64,000 nucleotides of DNA, taken from contig JBCCBE010000002.1 of NCBI GenBank assembly GCA_039814425.1, positions 5,400 to 69,399 on the forward strand, given 5' to 3'. This document shows positions 21,141 to 31,275 of this stretch, in pieces. The notes beneath the pieces were generated by a model. That model ran no database searches and was not told the DNA's origin. It saw only the letters and a program-made list of their open reading frames with translations. The position numbers and the translations under genes were made by a program. Origin of the DNA: Pseudomonadota bacterium (GTDB lineage: Bacteria > Pseudomonadota > Alphaproteobacteria > Rhizobiales > Rhizobiaceae). Numbering within the stretch: the stretch's first letter is position 1; each line of letters opens with the position of its first letter.

Positions 21141-21530
21141 ATGGCTCGATTGATTTTTGCCTTTCTGCTTATCCTTGGTCTTCAATACTCTGCTTTGGCG
21201 GATGGCTTGCTGGGCAAAGAATGGATCAATGAGGCAGAGATGAAGAACCAATCAGCCTTTGCCCGCCAGCATTCTCTGGTGCTGGTCAGTTTGAATTGTA
21301 AATTTAAGGAGAATGTCTCCTCTCCCGGTCGTAAAGATGTTTTGTTCAGAGCCGAATTTGAGCAACGCGAAGCCCCCATTGGCTGGGGATGGACGTTTGA
21401 CGCCAACGCACCCATGCGTGGGCCAGAGCAGCAGGCCAAGGCTGCCGGATTTGAGGTCGCTTCAGAGGATTACTTTGAAATGACTGGGGTTACTTGGGTC
21501 CGGTGCAAAGTCTGGCATCGACCGCAATAG
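21141..21530 (+). CDS. Hypothetical secreted protein
   Basis: Sec-type signal MARLIFAFLLILGLQYSALA. No recognisable domain. Confidence 0.5.
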   Translation: MARLIFAFLLILGLQYSALADGLLGKEWINEAEMKNQSAFARQHSLVLVSLNCKFKENVSSPGRKDVLFRAEFEQREAPIGWGWTFDANAPMRGPEQQAKAAGFEVASEDYFEMTGVTWVRCKVWHRPQ

Positions 21531-21553
21531 CGATTTTATCTCGCCAAAAAAGA

Positions 21554-21575
21554 AACCCCGCTCAATGGCGGGGTT
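21554..21575 (-). terminator. Intrinsic terminator between convergent genes
   Basis: AACCCCGC-tcaatg-GCGGGGTT stem-loop. On the minus strand it is followed by TCTTTTTT, downstream of the DUF2147 gene. The A-tract on the other side may allow some bidirectional function. Confidence 0.75.
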
Positions 21576-21605
21576 AAAAAATTTAGCTGAAATCGATATT
21601 CGAGA

Positions 21606-21953
21606 TCAGATTTTGCGCCAGGTTACGGTTTTGCAGAATATTTTCAAAGCACAACCCTTAAGTTTCATGGATGAACCACTGAGTTTTGCAGAACCTGTAT
21701 AGACCTTGTCATCTGCTGGATCTGTAATAGTTCCATTGTAGCTTGAGCCGCCGCCGCTCATTTTGCCGATACGCTTACCTGCATGATCGCCGGTTTTCAG
21801 CTTGATGCAAAAACTGCCACCGCATTTCGAAATCGCAGCTGTTTCGCCTTCTGCAGTTTTCCAGTTGCCAACAATTGGCTCTGCACCGATTGCAAATGTA
21901 GTGCCTGAAAGTGCAAAAGCTGCAGCGATGAATGTTGTTTTCAATGAGTTCAT
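21606..21953 (-). CDS. DUF2147-like periplasmic protein
   Basis: Signal peptide, then GNWKTAEGE...CGGSFCIKL...GTITDPADDKVYTGSAKLSGSSMKLKGC, the remembered DUF2147 pattern. Confidence 0.7.
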   Translation of the reverse strand: MNSLKTTFIAAAFALSGTTFAIGAEPIVGNWKTAEGETAAISKCGGSFCIKLKTGDHAGKRIGKMSGGGSSYNGTITDPADDKVYTGSAKLSGSSMKLKGCALKIFCKTVTWRKI

Positions 21954-22359
21954 TTTGTTCTCCTCCAAAGATTTTAGCCAAAAAAGCGGATATTGACGTT
22001 AACGTCAATAGTTTTAGCAATATCTCTCGAAAATTTTTGATCGAACCTGGCGCGTGGAGCGCGAACTTAGCAGTGCAATTTCGTTTGGATTTTACATAAA
22101 TTGAAAATGCCAATCTTTTGGATGGTTACGAGAGTCTTGACACCAAATGATCAATTTAATTCAAGAAAACATCTAAGTATTTGTTTTTATGAGGTTTCCT
22201 AGGTGAATCGAATCCTAATGGTAGAGGTTTGTTAAAATTGCGTTGGTTTCTCGTTAAGCATTGTCTTTAAGCTGGTTTTTAATTCCCCGGGTCACACTGG
22301 CCTGACTTAAACAAGGCGTGTGCCAAACAATCACGCTACAGAAAACAGGAATTGGGGAA

Positions 22360-22626
22360 ATGGCGAGATTTGATTTTAGTGCAGTTGAACATACAGGGTT
22401 TGCTTCATCTAACAGTGTAGACCATTTGTTTGAACTTGGGTTGGCTTATGCAACTGGCAGAGATGGTGAGAAAGACGTTATTGCTGCTCATAAATGGTTC
22501 AACATTGCTGCGTTTCGCGGTTATGAGCTTGCAAAGGCAAGACGCGAGGAAATTGCCCTGGAAATGACGCGTAACCAAATTGCCAAGGCACAACGTGCAG
22601 CCCGTGAGTGGATCACACAGCACTAA
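22360..22626 (+). CDS. Sel1-like repeat protein (small)
   Basis: AAHKWFNIAAFRGYELAKARREEIA is a Sel1/TPR-like repeat. Start chosen at ATG 22360, preceded by GGGGA. Confidence 0.65.
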   Translation: MARFDFSAVEHTGFASSNSVDHLFELGLAYATGRDGEKDVIAAHKWFNIAAFRGYELAKARREEIALEMTRNQIAKAQRAAREWITQH

Positions 22627-22975
22627 TAAAAGCCTATCAAGAGATTTTAACCGCATCAAAGAAGTGCGGTAAAAAAGAGCCTAAAAGGCCGTATGTAAGA
22701 ATGTGCATAAAGCACAAATAAGAATGCGAAAAACGCATCAAGTCAGGGGAACCTGCGATTTTAAAGCGCCAAAGCGCTTATCTTAAACGGAAGTTGTTAC
22801 TCTGGGACGGGGTGACGCTTCCGTTTCTATATTTTACGACTTAGGGTGACGACCTCATAATAACGCAAAATCGCCCCCAAATTTGACTTTCCCTTCCGGC
22901 GAGAGCAGAAGGCAACAGATAATGTAATCAATGCTTTGTCTGGGATATTCAGCACAAACAATATAGACTGTATTA

Positions 22976-23959
22976 ATGGCGATTTTAGTGACCGGCGTTG
23001 CCGGATTTATCGGATTTCATCTTGCAACGCAGCTGCTCGAAAGAGGCGAGCACGTAATTGGCATTGACGCGGTCAATGACTACTACTCACCCGATCTGAA
23101 ACGATCCCGACTTGCATTACTGGATCAGCAAAACGAACTGTTCGAGTTTGGCGAACTGGACATTGCTGATGAAAATGCACTGCAAGGATTTCTGCAAGGC
23201 AAGTCATTTACCAAGATCATACATCTGGCTGCTCAAGCAGGTGTTCGATACAGTTTGGAAAATCCACGTGCTTATGCGCGTTCAAATATGATTGGGCATC
23301 TCAACATGCTTGAGATTGCCAGAAGTAAGACCAGCCTTGAACATATGATCTATGCCTCCTCAAGCTCTGTTTATGGTGGCAGAACTGATCTGCCGCTTTT
23401 GGAGTCAGACCGGGCTGATACACCGATATCCCTGTATGCAGCCACCAAAAAAGCCGATGAACTGATGAGCCACACTTACGCGCATCTATACAATATTCCG
23501 CTTACCGGCTTGCGGTTCTTCACGGTATATGGCCCTTGGGGACGACCTGATATGGCCTATTTTTCATTTACCAACAAGATTTTGGCAGGTGAAGAAATCC
23601 AGGTTTTCAACCATGGAGATATGTTGCGAGACTTTACCTATATTGATGACATTATTGACGGTATTGTCCGGATTTCTGATAAAGGTCCAATGCACACCGT
23701 GCCGGTGCCACATAAAGTCTACAACATTGGCAACAACAATCCTGAGCGCTTAGAGGACTTCATTACATTACTCGAGCAATTGCTGGGCAAAAAGGCAATT
23801 CGGAAAAATCTGCCAATGCAACCGGGTGATGTTCCTGCAACCTTTGCCGACATTTCAGAAATCAATGCTGATTATGGATTTACGCCAAAAACTGATCTGG
23901 AAAGCGGGCTTGCGAAATTTGTTGAATGGTACAAATCCTATTACCTGGCTAAAAAGTAA
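22976..23959 (+). CDS. NAD-dependent epimerase, UDP-glucuronate 4-epimerase-like
   Basis: VTGVAGFIGFHL (GxxGxxG), catalytic YAATKKADE (YxxxK), FFTVYGPWGRPDMA. Typical of the LpsL/Cap1J family. Confidence 0.88.
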   Translation: MAILVTGVAGFIGFHLATQLLERGEHVIGIDAVNDYYSPDLKRSRLALLDQQNELFEFGELDIADENALQGFLQGKSFTKIIHLAAQAGVRYSLENPRAYARSNMIGHLNMLEIARSKTSLEHMIYASSSSVYGGRTDLPLLESDRADTPISLYAATKKADELMSHTYAHLYNIPLTGLRFFTVYGPWGRPDMAYFSFTNKILAGEEIQVFNHGDMLRDFTYIDDIIDGIVRISDKGPMHTVPVPHKVYNIGNNNPERLEDFITLLEQLLGKKAIRKNLPMQPGDVPATFADISEINADYGFTPKTDLESGLAKFVEWYKSYYLAKK

Positions 23960-25107
23960 TGGATGCAGATCAGTCAAATGAAGGTCCGCTTCAGTTAGAA
24001 AAACATCTGAATTTACGCGAGCAATTATCTCATATTAGCCGTACCTCGGTTTTGGACATCTGGAAAGCAGCGCCGACAGGTGAAAGGCTTTCAACTCTTT
24101 TGGGTTTTCTCAATGCACGTTTTGGTCCGGGCAAATTATCAAGCGACGAATTTCTGTTGTTTGGTTTTGCCGAGGCAGCTTCACATCGTGACAATTGGGC
24201 AGAGTTTGCCGGTAAGCAAGCCCAGCAAGCCTTTAACAAGGTCTACAATGATAGGGACTGGTATGCGGTAACCAAGCATAAGTTACTGTTCGAAACTGTC
24301 CTCAAAGGTGCCGATCTTCCAGCCCCGAAAACACTGGCTGTTTTTGATCGAAAAGGTCGCGGAGCGGGCGTTCCGGTACTTAAAAGCGATGAGGATTTGA
24401 TGCATTTCTTGCTTGATTCTGCCAATCACCCGGTGTTTTGCAAGCCAACTACCGGTCTGTTGAGCATTGGGGCTTTTCAGATTGACGGTTGCGAAAACGA
24501 GACGATTACAGTCAATGGGCAGCATAAATACCATGTAAATGATGTGATTGATTACATAAAAGGGATTTCAAAAAAGGGATACTTGTTCCAAAGCGTTCTT
24601 ATACCGCATCCTGCCTTTAATGCGATTGGCTGCGATGTGATTGCATCAATACGTTTTGTTGTACTTAATCAGGAAAGTAGCGCTCAAATACATTCATGTG
24701 CACTAAAGCTTCCTGCCAATGGCGAAGTGGCCGACAACTTTTGGCGTGTGGGGTCGCTCCTGTGTGATATCGCAATTGAGACTGGCCAAGTTTGCCGTGC
24801 TGTTGCTAAAACCGATAAGGGTATGAAATTGCTTTGCAACAAAGAGGAGGCGAGTAATATTATTGGTTTTACGCTGCCGGATTTCGAAAGCGCTCGGGAA
24901 AGAGTATTGGAAGCAGCAAGACATTTTCCGGGCATTAAAATCCAATCGTGGGATGTAGCTTTAACCAAATGCGGACCGGTTTTACTTGAAGTTAATTTCG
25001 GTGGAGATTTGAACCTTTCTCAAATGGCCAGCGGCAAAGGCGCTATGACAGAACCATATTGCGAAATTCTGCGAGAAAGCGGCTATTCGGGCTTCTTGCC
25101 CAACTGA
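23959..25107 (+). CDS. Putative sugar-transfer-associated ATP-grasp protein
   Basis: TAATG stop/start overlap with the epimerase. DWYAVTKHKLLFETVLKGADLPAPKT ... HPVFCKPTTG ... ANGEVADNFWRVGSLLCDIAIETGQV resembles the ATPgrasp_ST family from memory. Not verified by search. Confidence 0.55.
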   Translation: MDADQSNEGPLQLEKHLNLREQLSHISRTSVLDIWKAAPTGERLSTLLGFLNARFGPGKLSSDEFLLFGFAEAASHRDNWAEFAGKQAQQAFNKVYNDRDWYAVTKHKLLFETVLKGADLPAPKTLAVFDRKGRGAGVPVLKSDEDLMHFLLDSANHPVFCKPTTGLLSIGAFQIDGCENETITVNGQHKYHVNDVIDYIKGISKKGYLFQSVLIPHPAFNAIGCDVIASIRFVVLNQESSAQIHSCALKLPANGEVADNFWRVGSLLCDIAIETGQVCRAVAKTDKGMKLLCNKEEASNIIGFTLPDFESARERVLEAARHFPGIKIQSWDVALTKCGPVLLEVNFGGDLNLSQMASGKGAMTEPYCEILRESGYSGFLPN

Positions 25108-25273
25108 TATTCACAGCAGAATGTGACCTGTTTGCAATTCGATTGGGCTTATTGGTAAAAAAATCGCTATGTCACTTTGCTTTCACTGTTACGTGTGCAT
25201 AGAGTGAAGACGAAATAGGATTGTAGCCGAGTGTAATTGGCTAAACCGACACTCTGGGGAGGGTAAACGAAAG

Positions 25274-27187
25274 ATGAACCGGCCGGAAAGCTTGCTGGAA
25301 GTCAAAGACCTGCATGTTTCTTTCGACATACAGGGTGGCCGTGTTGAGGCTGTAAAAGGCGTCAGTTTTTCGGTTCAGCCTGGCAAGGTTGTTGCTTTGG
25401 TTGGTGAATCTGGATCCGGCAAATCCGTGATAGCACAGTCGATCCTACGTATTCTGCCTCGAAACGGGCAGATTGATTCCGGGCAAATTATTTTGCATGA
25501 TCCGGAAAAACCCGGCGATGAAACAGATATAGCATCCCTAAAAGCCAGCGATCCTTATCTCCTGAAAATGCGTGGTGGGCGCATCTCCATGGTATTTCAG
25601 GAGCCAATGACTGCGCTTTCTCCCATTCATACGATTGGCAGCCAGGTTGAAGAAGCGCTAACCCTTCACCAGAAAATGTCTGCTGATGAAGCACGTAAGG
25701 AAACCGAGGAAATTCTCCGCTTGGTTGGGTTTCCTGATCCCCATCAAGGCTATGAACGATTTTCTTTCGAATTATCCGGCGGATTACGTCAACGTGCTGT
25801 GATCGCTATGGCGCTGATCTGCAACCCGGCGCTAGTGATTGCTGATGAGCCAACCACAGCACTTGATGTTACCGTGCAAGCTCAGATTATTGGCTTAATG
25901 AAGGATTTGCAGAAACGTTTTGGTACCTCAATTCTCTTGATCACCCACGATCTGGGTGTCGTTGCTAACATGGCTGATGAGGTCGTAGTGATTTATCATG
26001 GGAATATTATGGAAGCTGGCAGCATTGAAGACATTTTCCAGCGTCCCCAACACCCCTATCTCAAAGCACTTATGGAAGCGGTCCCACATTTTGATATGGA
26101 ACCGGGGTCACGTTTGGTTTCTTTGCGTGAATCTGGTGTCGATGATGGCCGCGACATTGTTCAACGATTAGCGCATCGTTTCCGTGCCGAAGAAACCGGG
26201 ACCTTTGAGGGGCCTCACATCAGCATTCGCAATTTGCGCAAAGAATTTTATTCCACCAAGGGCAGTTGGCTAAGTTCAAAAGATGATCGCAAGTTCGTTG
26301 CTGTTGATGATATCAGTTTTGATGTCGCGAAAGGTGAATGCGTCGGCCTGGTTGGGGAAAGCGGATCTGGAAAGACGACGGTCTCCAAACTGATCATGCG
26401 GGCCTTGGAAGCAACATCGGGTTCCGTAATCATGAACACCGCCAAGGGTCCGAAAGAAGTTCTCGATCTTGAAGGTGAGCCATTAATGGATTTTCGCCGC
26501 CGGGTTCAAATGATTTTTCAGGACCCTTTCAGTTCGCTTAATCCACGTATGACCGTTCTCAATATTCTTAGGGAACCGTTGGTTATTCATAACCGCGGCA
26601 ATGCTGAGGAACAAAAACGCGATATTGTCGATTTGATGCGGCTGGTTGGTCTGGATCCACGCTTTTTAAACCGTTATCCGCATTCTTTCTCCGGTGGTCA
26701 GCGCCAGCGCATTGGCATTGCGCGCGCTTTGGCCCTGCATCCAGAATTTATGATCTGTGACGAACCGGTGTCCGCTCTTGATGTGTCGGTTCAGGCGCAA
26801 ATTCTAAATCTGCTAAATGATCTTCGCGCAGAACTCGGCCTGACTAGTATTTTCATTTCCCACAACCTTGCAGTTGTAAATTACGTGGCCGACAGGATTG
26901 CTGTAATGTGTCAGGGTAAACTGGTTGAGTTGGCAACCCGCGAACAATTGTTTGCCAATCCGTGCCATCCCTACACAAAGTCGCTGCTTGCGTCAGTTCC
27001 TTATCCGGACCTTGATCATCTTTTGGATTTTGAAGAAGTTAAATACACAACGTCGTTTGCTGCAGGTGACTGGAGCGGGGCATTCAATCAGTCGGACAGC
27101 GGCGCATTGAAAAGTATCGAAATAGAAGCTGGCCATTTTGTGCTCGCGAATGAAAATAGTGATCGGAAGGAGTTGATAGCGTCATGA
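25274..27187 (+). CDS. Fused double ATPase of a peptide/opine/nickel-type ABC importer (YejF-like)
   Basis: Two Walker A motifs (GESGSGKSV, GESGSGKTT) and two signature motifs (LSGGLRQR, FSGGQRQR). 637 aa. Confidence 0.92.
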   Translation: MNRPESLLEVKDLHVSFDIQGGRVEAVKGVSFSVQPGKVVALVGESGSGKSVIAQSILRILPRNGQIDSGQIILHDPEKPGDETDIASLKASDPYLLKMRGGRISMVFQEPMTALSPIHTIGSQVEEALTLHQKMSADEARKETEEILRLVGFPDPHQGYERFSFELSGGLRQRAVIAMALICNPALVIADEPTTALDVTVQAQIIGLMKDLQKRFGTSILLITHDLGVVANMADEVVVIYHGNIMEAGSIEDIFQRPQHPYLKALMEAVPHFDMEPGSRLVSLRESGVDDGRDIVQRLAHRFRAEETGTFEGPHISIRNLRKEFYSTKGSWLSSKDDRKFVAVDDISFDVAKGECVGLVGESGSGKTTVSKLIMRALEATSGSVIMNTAKGPKEVLDLEGEPLMDFRRRVQMIFQDPFSSLNPRMTVLNILREPLVIHNRGNAEEQKRDIVDLMRLVGLDPRFLNRYPHSFSGGQRQRIGIARALALHPEFMICDEPVSALDVSVQAQILNLLNDLRAELGLTSIFISHNLAVVNYVADRIAVMCQGKLVELATREQLFANPCHPYTKSLLASVPYPDLDHLLDFEEVKYTTSFAAGDWSGAFNQSDSGALKSIEIEAGHFVLANENSDRKELIAS

Positions 27188-29079
27188 TCAGCCGTGGATT
27201 TCAGATAATAGTATCAGTATGCCTGTTTGTTCTCATTCTGCTTCCTGCCAATGCTGAGGAGGTACCGGCCTTAGCTGAAAAAGTTGAAAAAGGTGAATTG
27301 CCACCGATTGCAGACCGTCTGCCAAAAACACCTTTCGTTGTAAGCTATGAAGCTAACGGGAAAAGCCTTGGAAAATATGGTGGCGAACTAAGGTTGCTGA
27401 TGGGTAAGGCCAAGGATATCGGGCAAATGACGGTTTACTCCTATGCCCGGCTGGTTGGCTATTCTTCTGATTACTCAATTAAACCTGATATTGCCGAAGC
27501 GGTGGATATCGTTGAAGGTCGCGAGTTTACCTTCACGTTGAGAGAGGGCCATCGTTGGTCAGACGGCCACCCGCTAACTAGCGAAGATTTTCGCTATTAT
27601 TGGGAAGATATGGTCAAGCATGCCGAACTGGGCCGTAAAGGCGTTCCCTCCGCAATGCTGGTGGATGGGCAAGAGCCAGTTTTTGAAGTGATTGATGAGC
27701 GAACCTTTAAATATTCCTGGAATAAACCTAATCCGGCTTTTTTACCGGCACTGGCTGCTCCGTCCCCGCTATATGTTTATCGCCCTGCCCATTACATGAA
27801 GCAGTATCATACCGATTATGCGGATAAGGAAACTCTTGTTTCGATCGTGGAAAAACTGAGGGTGAAAGATTGGACTGGTGCGCACACCAGAATGCAGCGC
27901 CAGCGCAGGCCTGAAAACCCAGCATTGCCTTCCCTGCAAGCTTGGAAAAACACAACGCCTCCACCAAGCACGCGGTTTATCTTTGAACGCAATCCATACT
28001 ATCACCGGGTTGATCCTAAAGGCCGTCAATTGCCCTATATTGATCGGGTAATAATGAGCATCGTCTCAAAAGACGTCATTCCGGCAAAAACCGGAACCGG
28101 AGAAGCAGATCTTCAGGGACGTTATCTACGATTTGACAATGTGCCATTCCTAAAACAAGGCGAAGAGAAAGGCGGTTATAAAACCTTTCTTTGGTCGGTT
28201 GGTAAAGGATCGCAGATCGCACTTTTTCCAAATCTGAACACCAATGATCCGACATGGCGGGAAGTCGTCCGTGATGTCCGTTTCCGTCGCGCGTTATCCA
28301 TGGGCATTGATCGCGATGAAATAAACGATTCAATTTACTTTGGTCTTGCTAATCCCAGCGCCAATACGGTGATGCCGCAAAGCGATCTCTACAAAGACGA
28401 ATATGCAACCAAGTGGGCAACCCTTGATATTGAACTTGCTAACAAGCTTTTAGATGAAATGGGTCTTGATAAGCGCAACGAAGATGGCGTGCGCCTGCTA
28501 TCCGATGGCCGTGCTATGGAAATTACGGTAGAATCAGCTGGCGAAAGCACTGAAGAAACCGATGTTTTGGAATTGATTACCGATCACCTGCGCAAAATTG
28601 GTTTGCAGCTTTTCGTTCGATCCTCACAACGCGATATTTTCCGCCGCCGCGCCTATTCTGGCGATACAGTACTTTCGGCATTTAATGGAATGGACAACGC
28701 TCTTGCCAGCCCGTCAATGACACCGGAAGAATTAGCACCAACTGCCCAGCCTCAACTGCAATGGCCAAAATGGGGACAATTTTCCGAAACAAATGGTAAG
28801 GCTGGAGAAACAGTGGACATGCCAACCGCGGAAGTTCAGCTGCAGCTCTACAAGAAATGGCTCGCAGCGCCAACCGAAGATGGGCAACGCAAAATCTGGC
28901 ACAGCATGCTTGAAAATTACTCAGATCAGGTCTTTTCAATTGGAACGGTTAACAATAGTCGTCAGCCAATTGTTGTAGCAAAAGACCTTCAAAACGTTCC
29001 AGAAGAAGGGGTGTATGCCTGGTTGCCAACATCCTATTTCGGACATTATCAGCCAGACACGTTTTGGTATGATCGGTAA
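27184..29079 (+). CDS. ABC substrate-binding protein, family 5 (YejA-like)
   Basis: ATGA overlap with the ATPase gene. Signal peptide. 631 aa with family-5 SBP features (GHRWSDGHPLTSEDF). Confidence 0.88.
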   Translation: MISRGFQIIVSVCLFVLILLPANAEEVPALAEKVEKGELPPIADRLPKTPFVVSYEANGKSLGKYGGELRLLMGKAKDIGQMTVYSYARLVGYSSDYSIKPDIAEAVDIVEGREFTFTLREGHRWSDGHPLTSEDFRYYWEDMVKHAELGRKGVPSAMLVDGQEPVFEVIDERTFKYSWNKPNPAFLPALAAPSPLYVYRPAHYMKQYHTDYADKETLVSIVEKLRVKDWTGAHTRMQRQRRPENPALPSLQAWKNTTPPPSTRFIFERNPYYHRVDPKGRQLPYIDRVIMSIVSKDVIPAKTGTGEADLQGRYLRFDNVPFLKQGEEKGGYKTFLWSVGKGSQIALFPNLNTNDPTWREVVRDVRFRRALSMGIDRDEINDSIYFGLANPSANTVMPQSDLYKDEYATKWATLDIELANKLLDEMGLDKRNEDGVRLLSDGRAMEITVESAGESTEETDVLELITDHLRKIGLQLFVRSSQRDIFRRRAYSGDTVLSAFNGMDNALASPSMTPEELAPTAQPQLQWPKWGQFSETNGKAGETVDMPTAEVQLQLYKKWLAAPTEDGQRKIWHSMLENYSDQVFSIGTVNNSRQPIVVAKDLQNVPEEGVYAWLPTSYFGHYQPDTFWYDR

Positions 29080-29088
29080 AATTATCTA

Positions 29089-30087
29089 ATGCTCGCTTAC
29101 CTGTTAAAACGCGTACTTTATATGATCCCGACGCTGATCTTGATCAGCCTGTTCGTGTTCATTTTGATTGAGTTACCGCCCGGCGATTATTTTGAAACCT
29201 ACGTTAATGAATTAATCGCCGCTGGTGAAACGGTTGATCCCAAACATATAGAATATTTGCGCGAGGAATATGGGTTTGATCGACCTATTTGGGAGCGATA
29301 TTTCACTTGGGCAAGCGGTTTACTGGTTGGAGATCTCGGCTATTCCTTTGAGTATGAATTGCCGGTTCGAGAGGTCATTGGAGATCGGTTGATCTTTACG
29401 ATTATTGTAACGTTTTTTACAATCATCTTTACTTGGATCGTCGCTTTCCCAATTGGGATTTATTCCGCAACGCATCAGTACAGCTGGGGTGACTACGGTC
29501 TTACTTTTCTCGGCTTGCTTGGACTGGCGACGCCCAATTTTCTGCTCGCTCTAATTATGATGTATCTGGCAAATCAGTGGTTTGGCACAGCGATCGGTGG
29601 ATTGGTGGATCCGGAATATATCGACCAACCTTTTAGCTGGGGTAAACTGCTATCTGTGCTTGAGCATCTATGGATACCGGTGATCGTGATCGGAACATCC
29701 GGTACCGCTGCGATGGTTCGAAGAGTGCGCGCAAATCTACTCGATGAACTGCGCAAGCCCTATGTTACGACCGTGCGCGCTAAAGGTGTTCCTGAATTTA
29801 AGGGCCTTATTAAATATCCGTTTCGTATGTCCTTGAACTTTTTTGTAGCTGATATTGGTAGTATCCTGCCTCAGGTTATTTCGGGTGCGGAAGTTGTGGC
29901 GATTGTCTTGTCGCTTGAAACAACCGGTCCCCTGCTCATTCAGGCTCTGCAAAGTCAGGACATGTATCTGGCAGGATCATTCCTTATGTTGTTAGGTGTA
30001 CTCACCGTTATTGGCGTTTTACTATCCGATATTGCTCTTGCATTCCTTGATCCGCGCATTCGTCTACAAGGAGGCGTTAGCCGATGA
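29089..30087 (+). CDS. ABC permease (DppB/YejB-like)
   Basis: Six hydrophobic helices and the VTTVRAKGV EAA-loop region. Confidence 0.9.
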   Translation: MLAYLLKRVLYMIPTLILISLFVFILIELPPGDYFETYVNELIAAGETVDPKHIEYLREEYGFDRPIWERYFTWASGLLVGDLGYSFEYELPVREVIGDRLIFTIIVTFFTIIFTWIVAFPIGIYSATHQYSWGDYGLTFLGLLGLATPNFLLALIMMYLANQWFGTAIGGLVDPEYIDQPFSWGKLLSVLEHLWIPVIVIGTSGTAAMVRRVRANLLDELRKPYVTTVRAKGVPEFKGLIKYPFRMSLNFFVADIGSILPQVISGAEVVAIVLSLETTGPLLIQALQSQDMYLAGSFLMLLGVLTVIGVLLSDIALAFLDPRIRLQGGVSR

Positions 30088-31250
30088 GTGCGAATGATAA
30101 GTTGTCACCGGGCCATTACGTCAACCGGGAACCGTTTGATCCTGCGTCAATTGAAATATTAACGCCGGAACAGGAGGCTGTATTTCTTGCATCTCAGCGG
30201 AAGCTGATGTGGTGGAAATTTAAGAAACACAAGCTTGCAGTCATCAGCGGTATTTTCCTGGCTATACTGTATCTGATGGCGGCATTTGCTGAATTTTTAG
30301 CGCCCTATAATCTTGAGTCACGCAATTCAAAATACATTTATGCGCCGCCTCATTCGATTCACCTGTTCCACAAAGGCGAATTTGTTGGCCCCTTTGTCTA
30401 TGATTACAAGAGCTCGCTGGATCTTAATACTTTGAAACGAACCTATAAGCCGGATGAGAAAAAGATCATAAAACTGCAATTTTTCTGTTCTGGCGACAGC
30501 TATAATTTCTGGGGTTTGATACCTTCTGACAATCATTTTTTATGTGCTGATATTAAAGAACCGATCTACCTGTTGGGGTCTGACAGGCTTGGTCGTGATC
30601 TGCTATCGCGCATAATTTATGGAGCACGCATTTCTCTTACGATTGGTTTAATCGGGATCGCAATCAGCTTCACGCTCGGTATTATTCTTGGCGGCCTTGC
30701 CGGTTACTATGGTGGCTGGGTAGACCTGATTGTCCAGCGCCTGATCGAAGTGGTTCAATCCTTACCGACTTTACCGCTCTGGCTTGTGCTTGCTGCAATA
30801 ATGCCGGTTACCTGGTCGCCTATCGTAGTCTATTTCGGGATTACCGTAATTCTGGGCCTGATTGACTGGACCGGGCTTGCAAGGGCAGTGCGCTCCAAAC
30901 TCCTGTCACTGCGGGAAGAGGATTATGTGCTGGCCGCCCGTTTAATGGGGGCAAGTCCTGGTCGCATTATTGGGTTACATCTTGTGCCTGGTTTTATGAG
31001 CCATTTGATCGCCTCTGCCACGATTACGATTCCCACTATGATCCTCGGTGAAACCGCCCTGTCTTTCTTAGGCCTGGGCCTGCGCTCCCCGGTAGTCAGT
31101 TGGGGTGTGTTGTTAAATGAGGCACAAAACATCAACGTGGTTGCCTTAACACCATGGCTTATTCTCCCGGTAGTGCCGGTTATTTTTGTGATACTTGCCT
31201 TTAATTTCTTCGGTGATGGATTGCGAGACGCAGCCGACCCTTACGGTTGA
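30084..31250 (+). CDS. ABC permease (DppC/YejE-like)
   Basis: GSDRLGRDLLSRIIYGARISL and DYVLAARLMGASPGRII motifs. 4-nt overlap with the upstream permease. Confidence 0.9.
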   Translation: MSANDKLSPGHYVNREPFDPASIEILTPEQEAVFLASQRKLMWWKFKKHKLAVISGIFLAILYLMAAFAEFLAPYNLESRNSKYIYAPPHSIHLFHKGEFVGPFVYDYKSSLDLNTLKRTYKPDEKKIIKLQFFCSGDSYNFWGLIPSDNHFLCADIKEPIYLLGSDRLGRDLLSRIIYGARISLTIGLIGIAISFTLGIILGGLAGYYGGWVDLIVQRLIEVVQSLPTLPLWLVLAAIMPVTWSPIVVYFGITVILGLIDWTGLARAVRSKLLSLREEDYVLAARLMGASPGRIIGLHLVPGFMSHLIASATITIPTMILGETALSFLGLGLRSPVVSWGVLLNEAQNINVVALTPWLILPVVPVIFVILAFNFFGDGLRDAADPYG

Positions 31251-31275
31251 TACGGTAAATTGTCTGGGCTTTTCC

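Noticed and set aside
22650-22670. Hairpin right after the Sel1-repeat gene, considered as its intrinsic terminator.
   Set aside because: On the + strand the stem is followed by an A-run, not a U-run. On the minus strand the T-run precedes the stem. It is not a canonical terminator in either direction.
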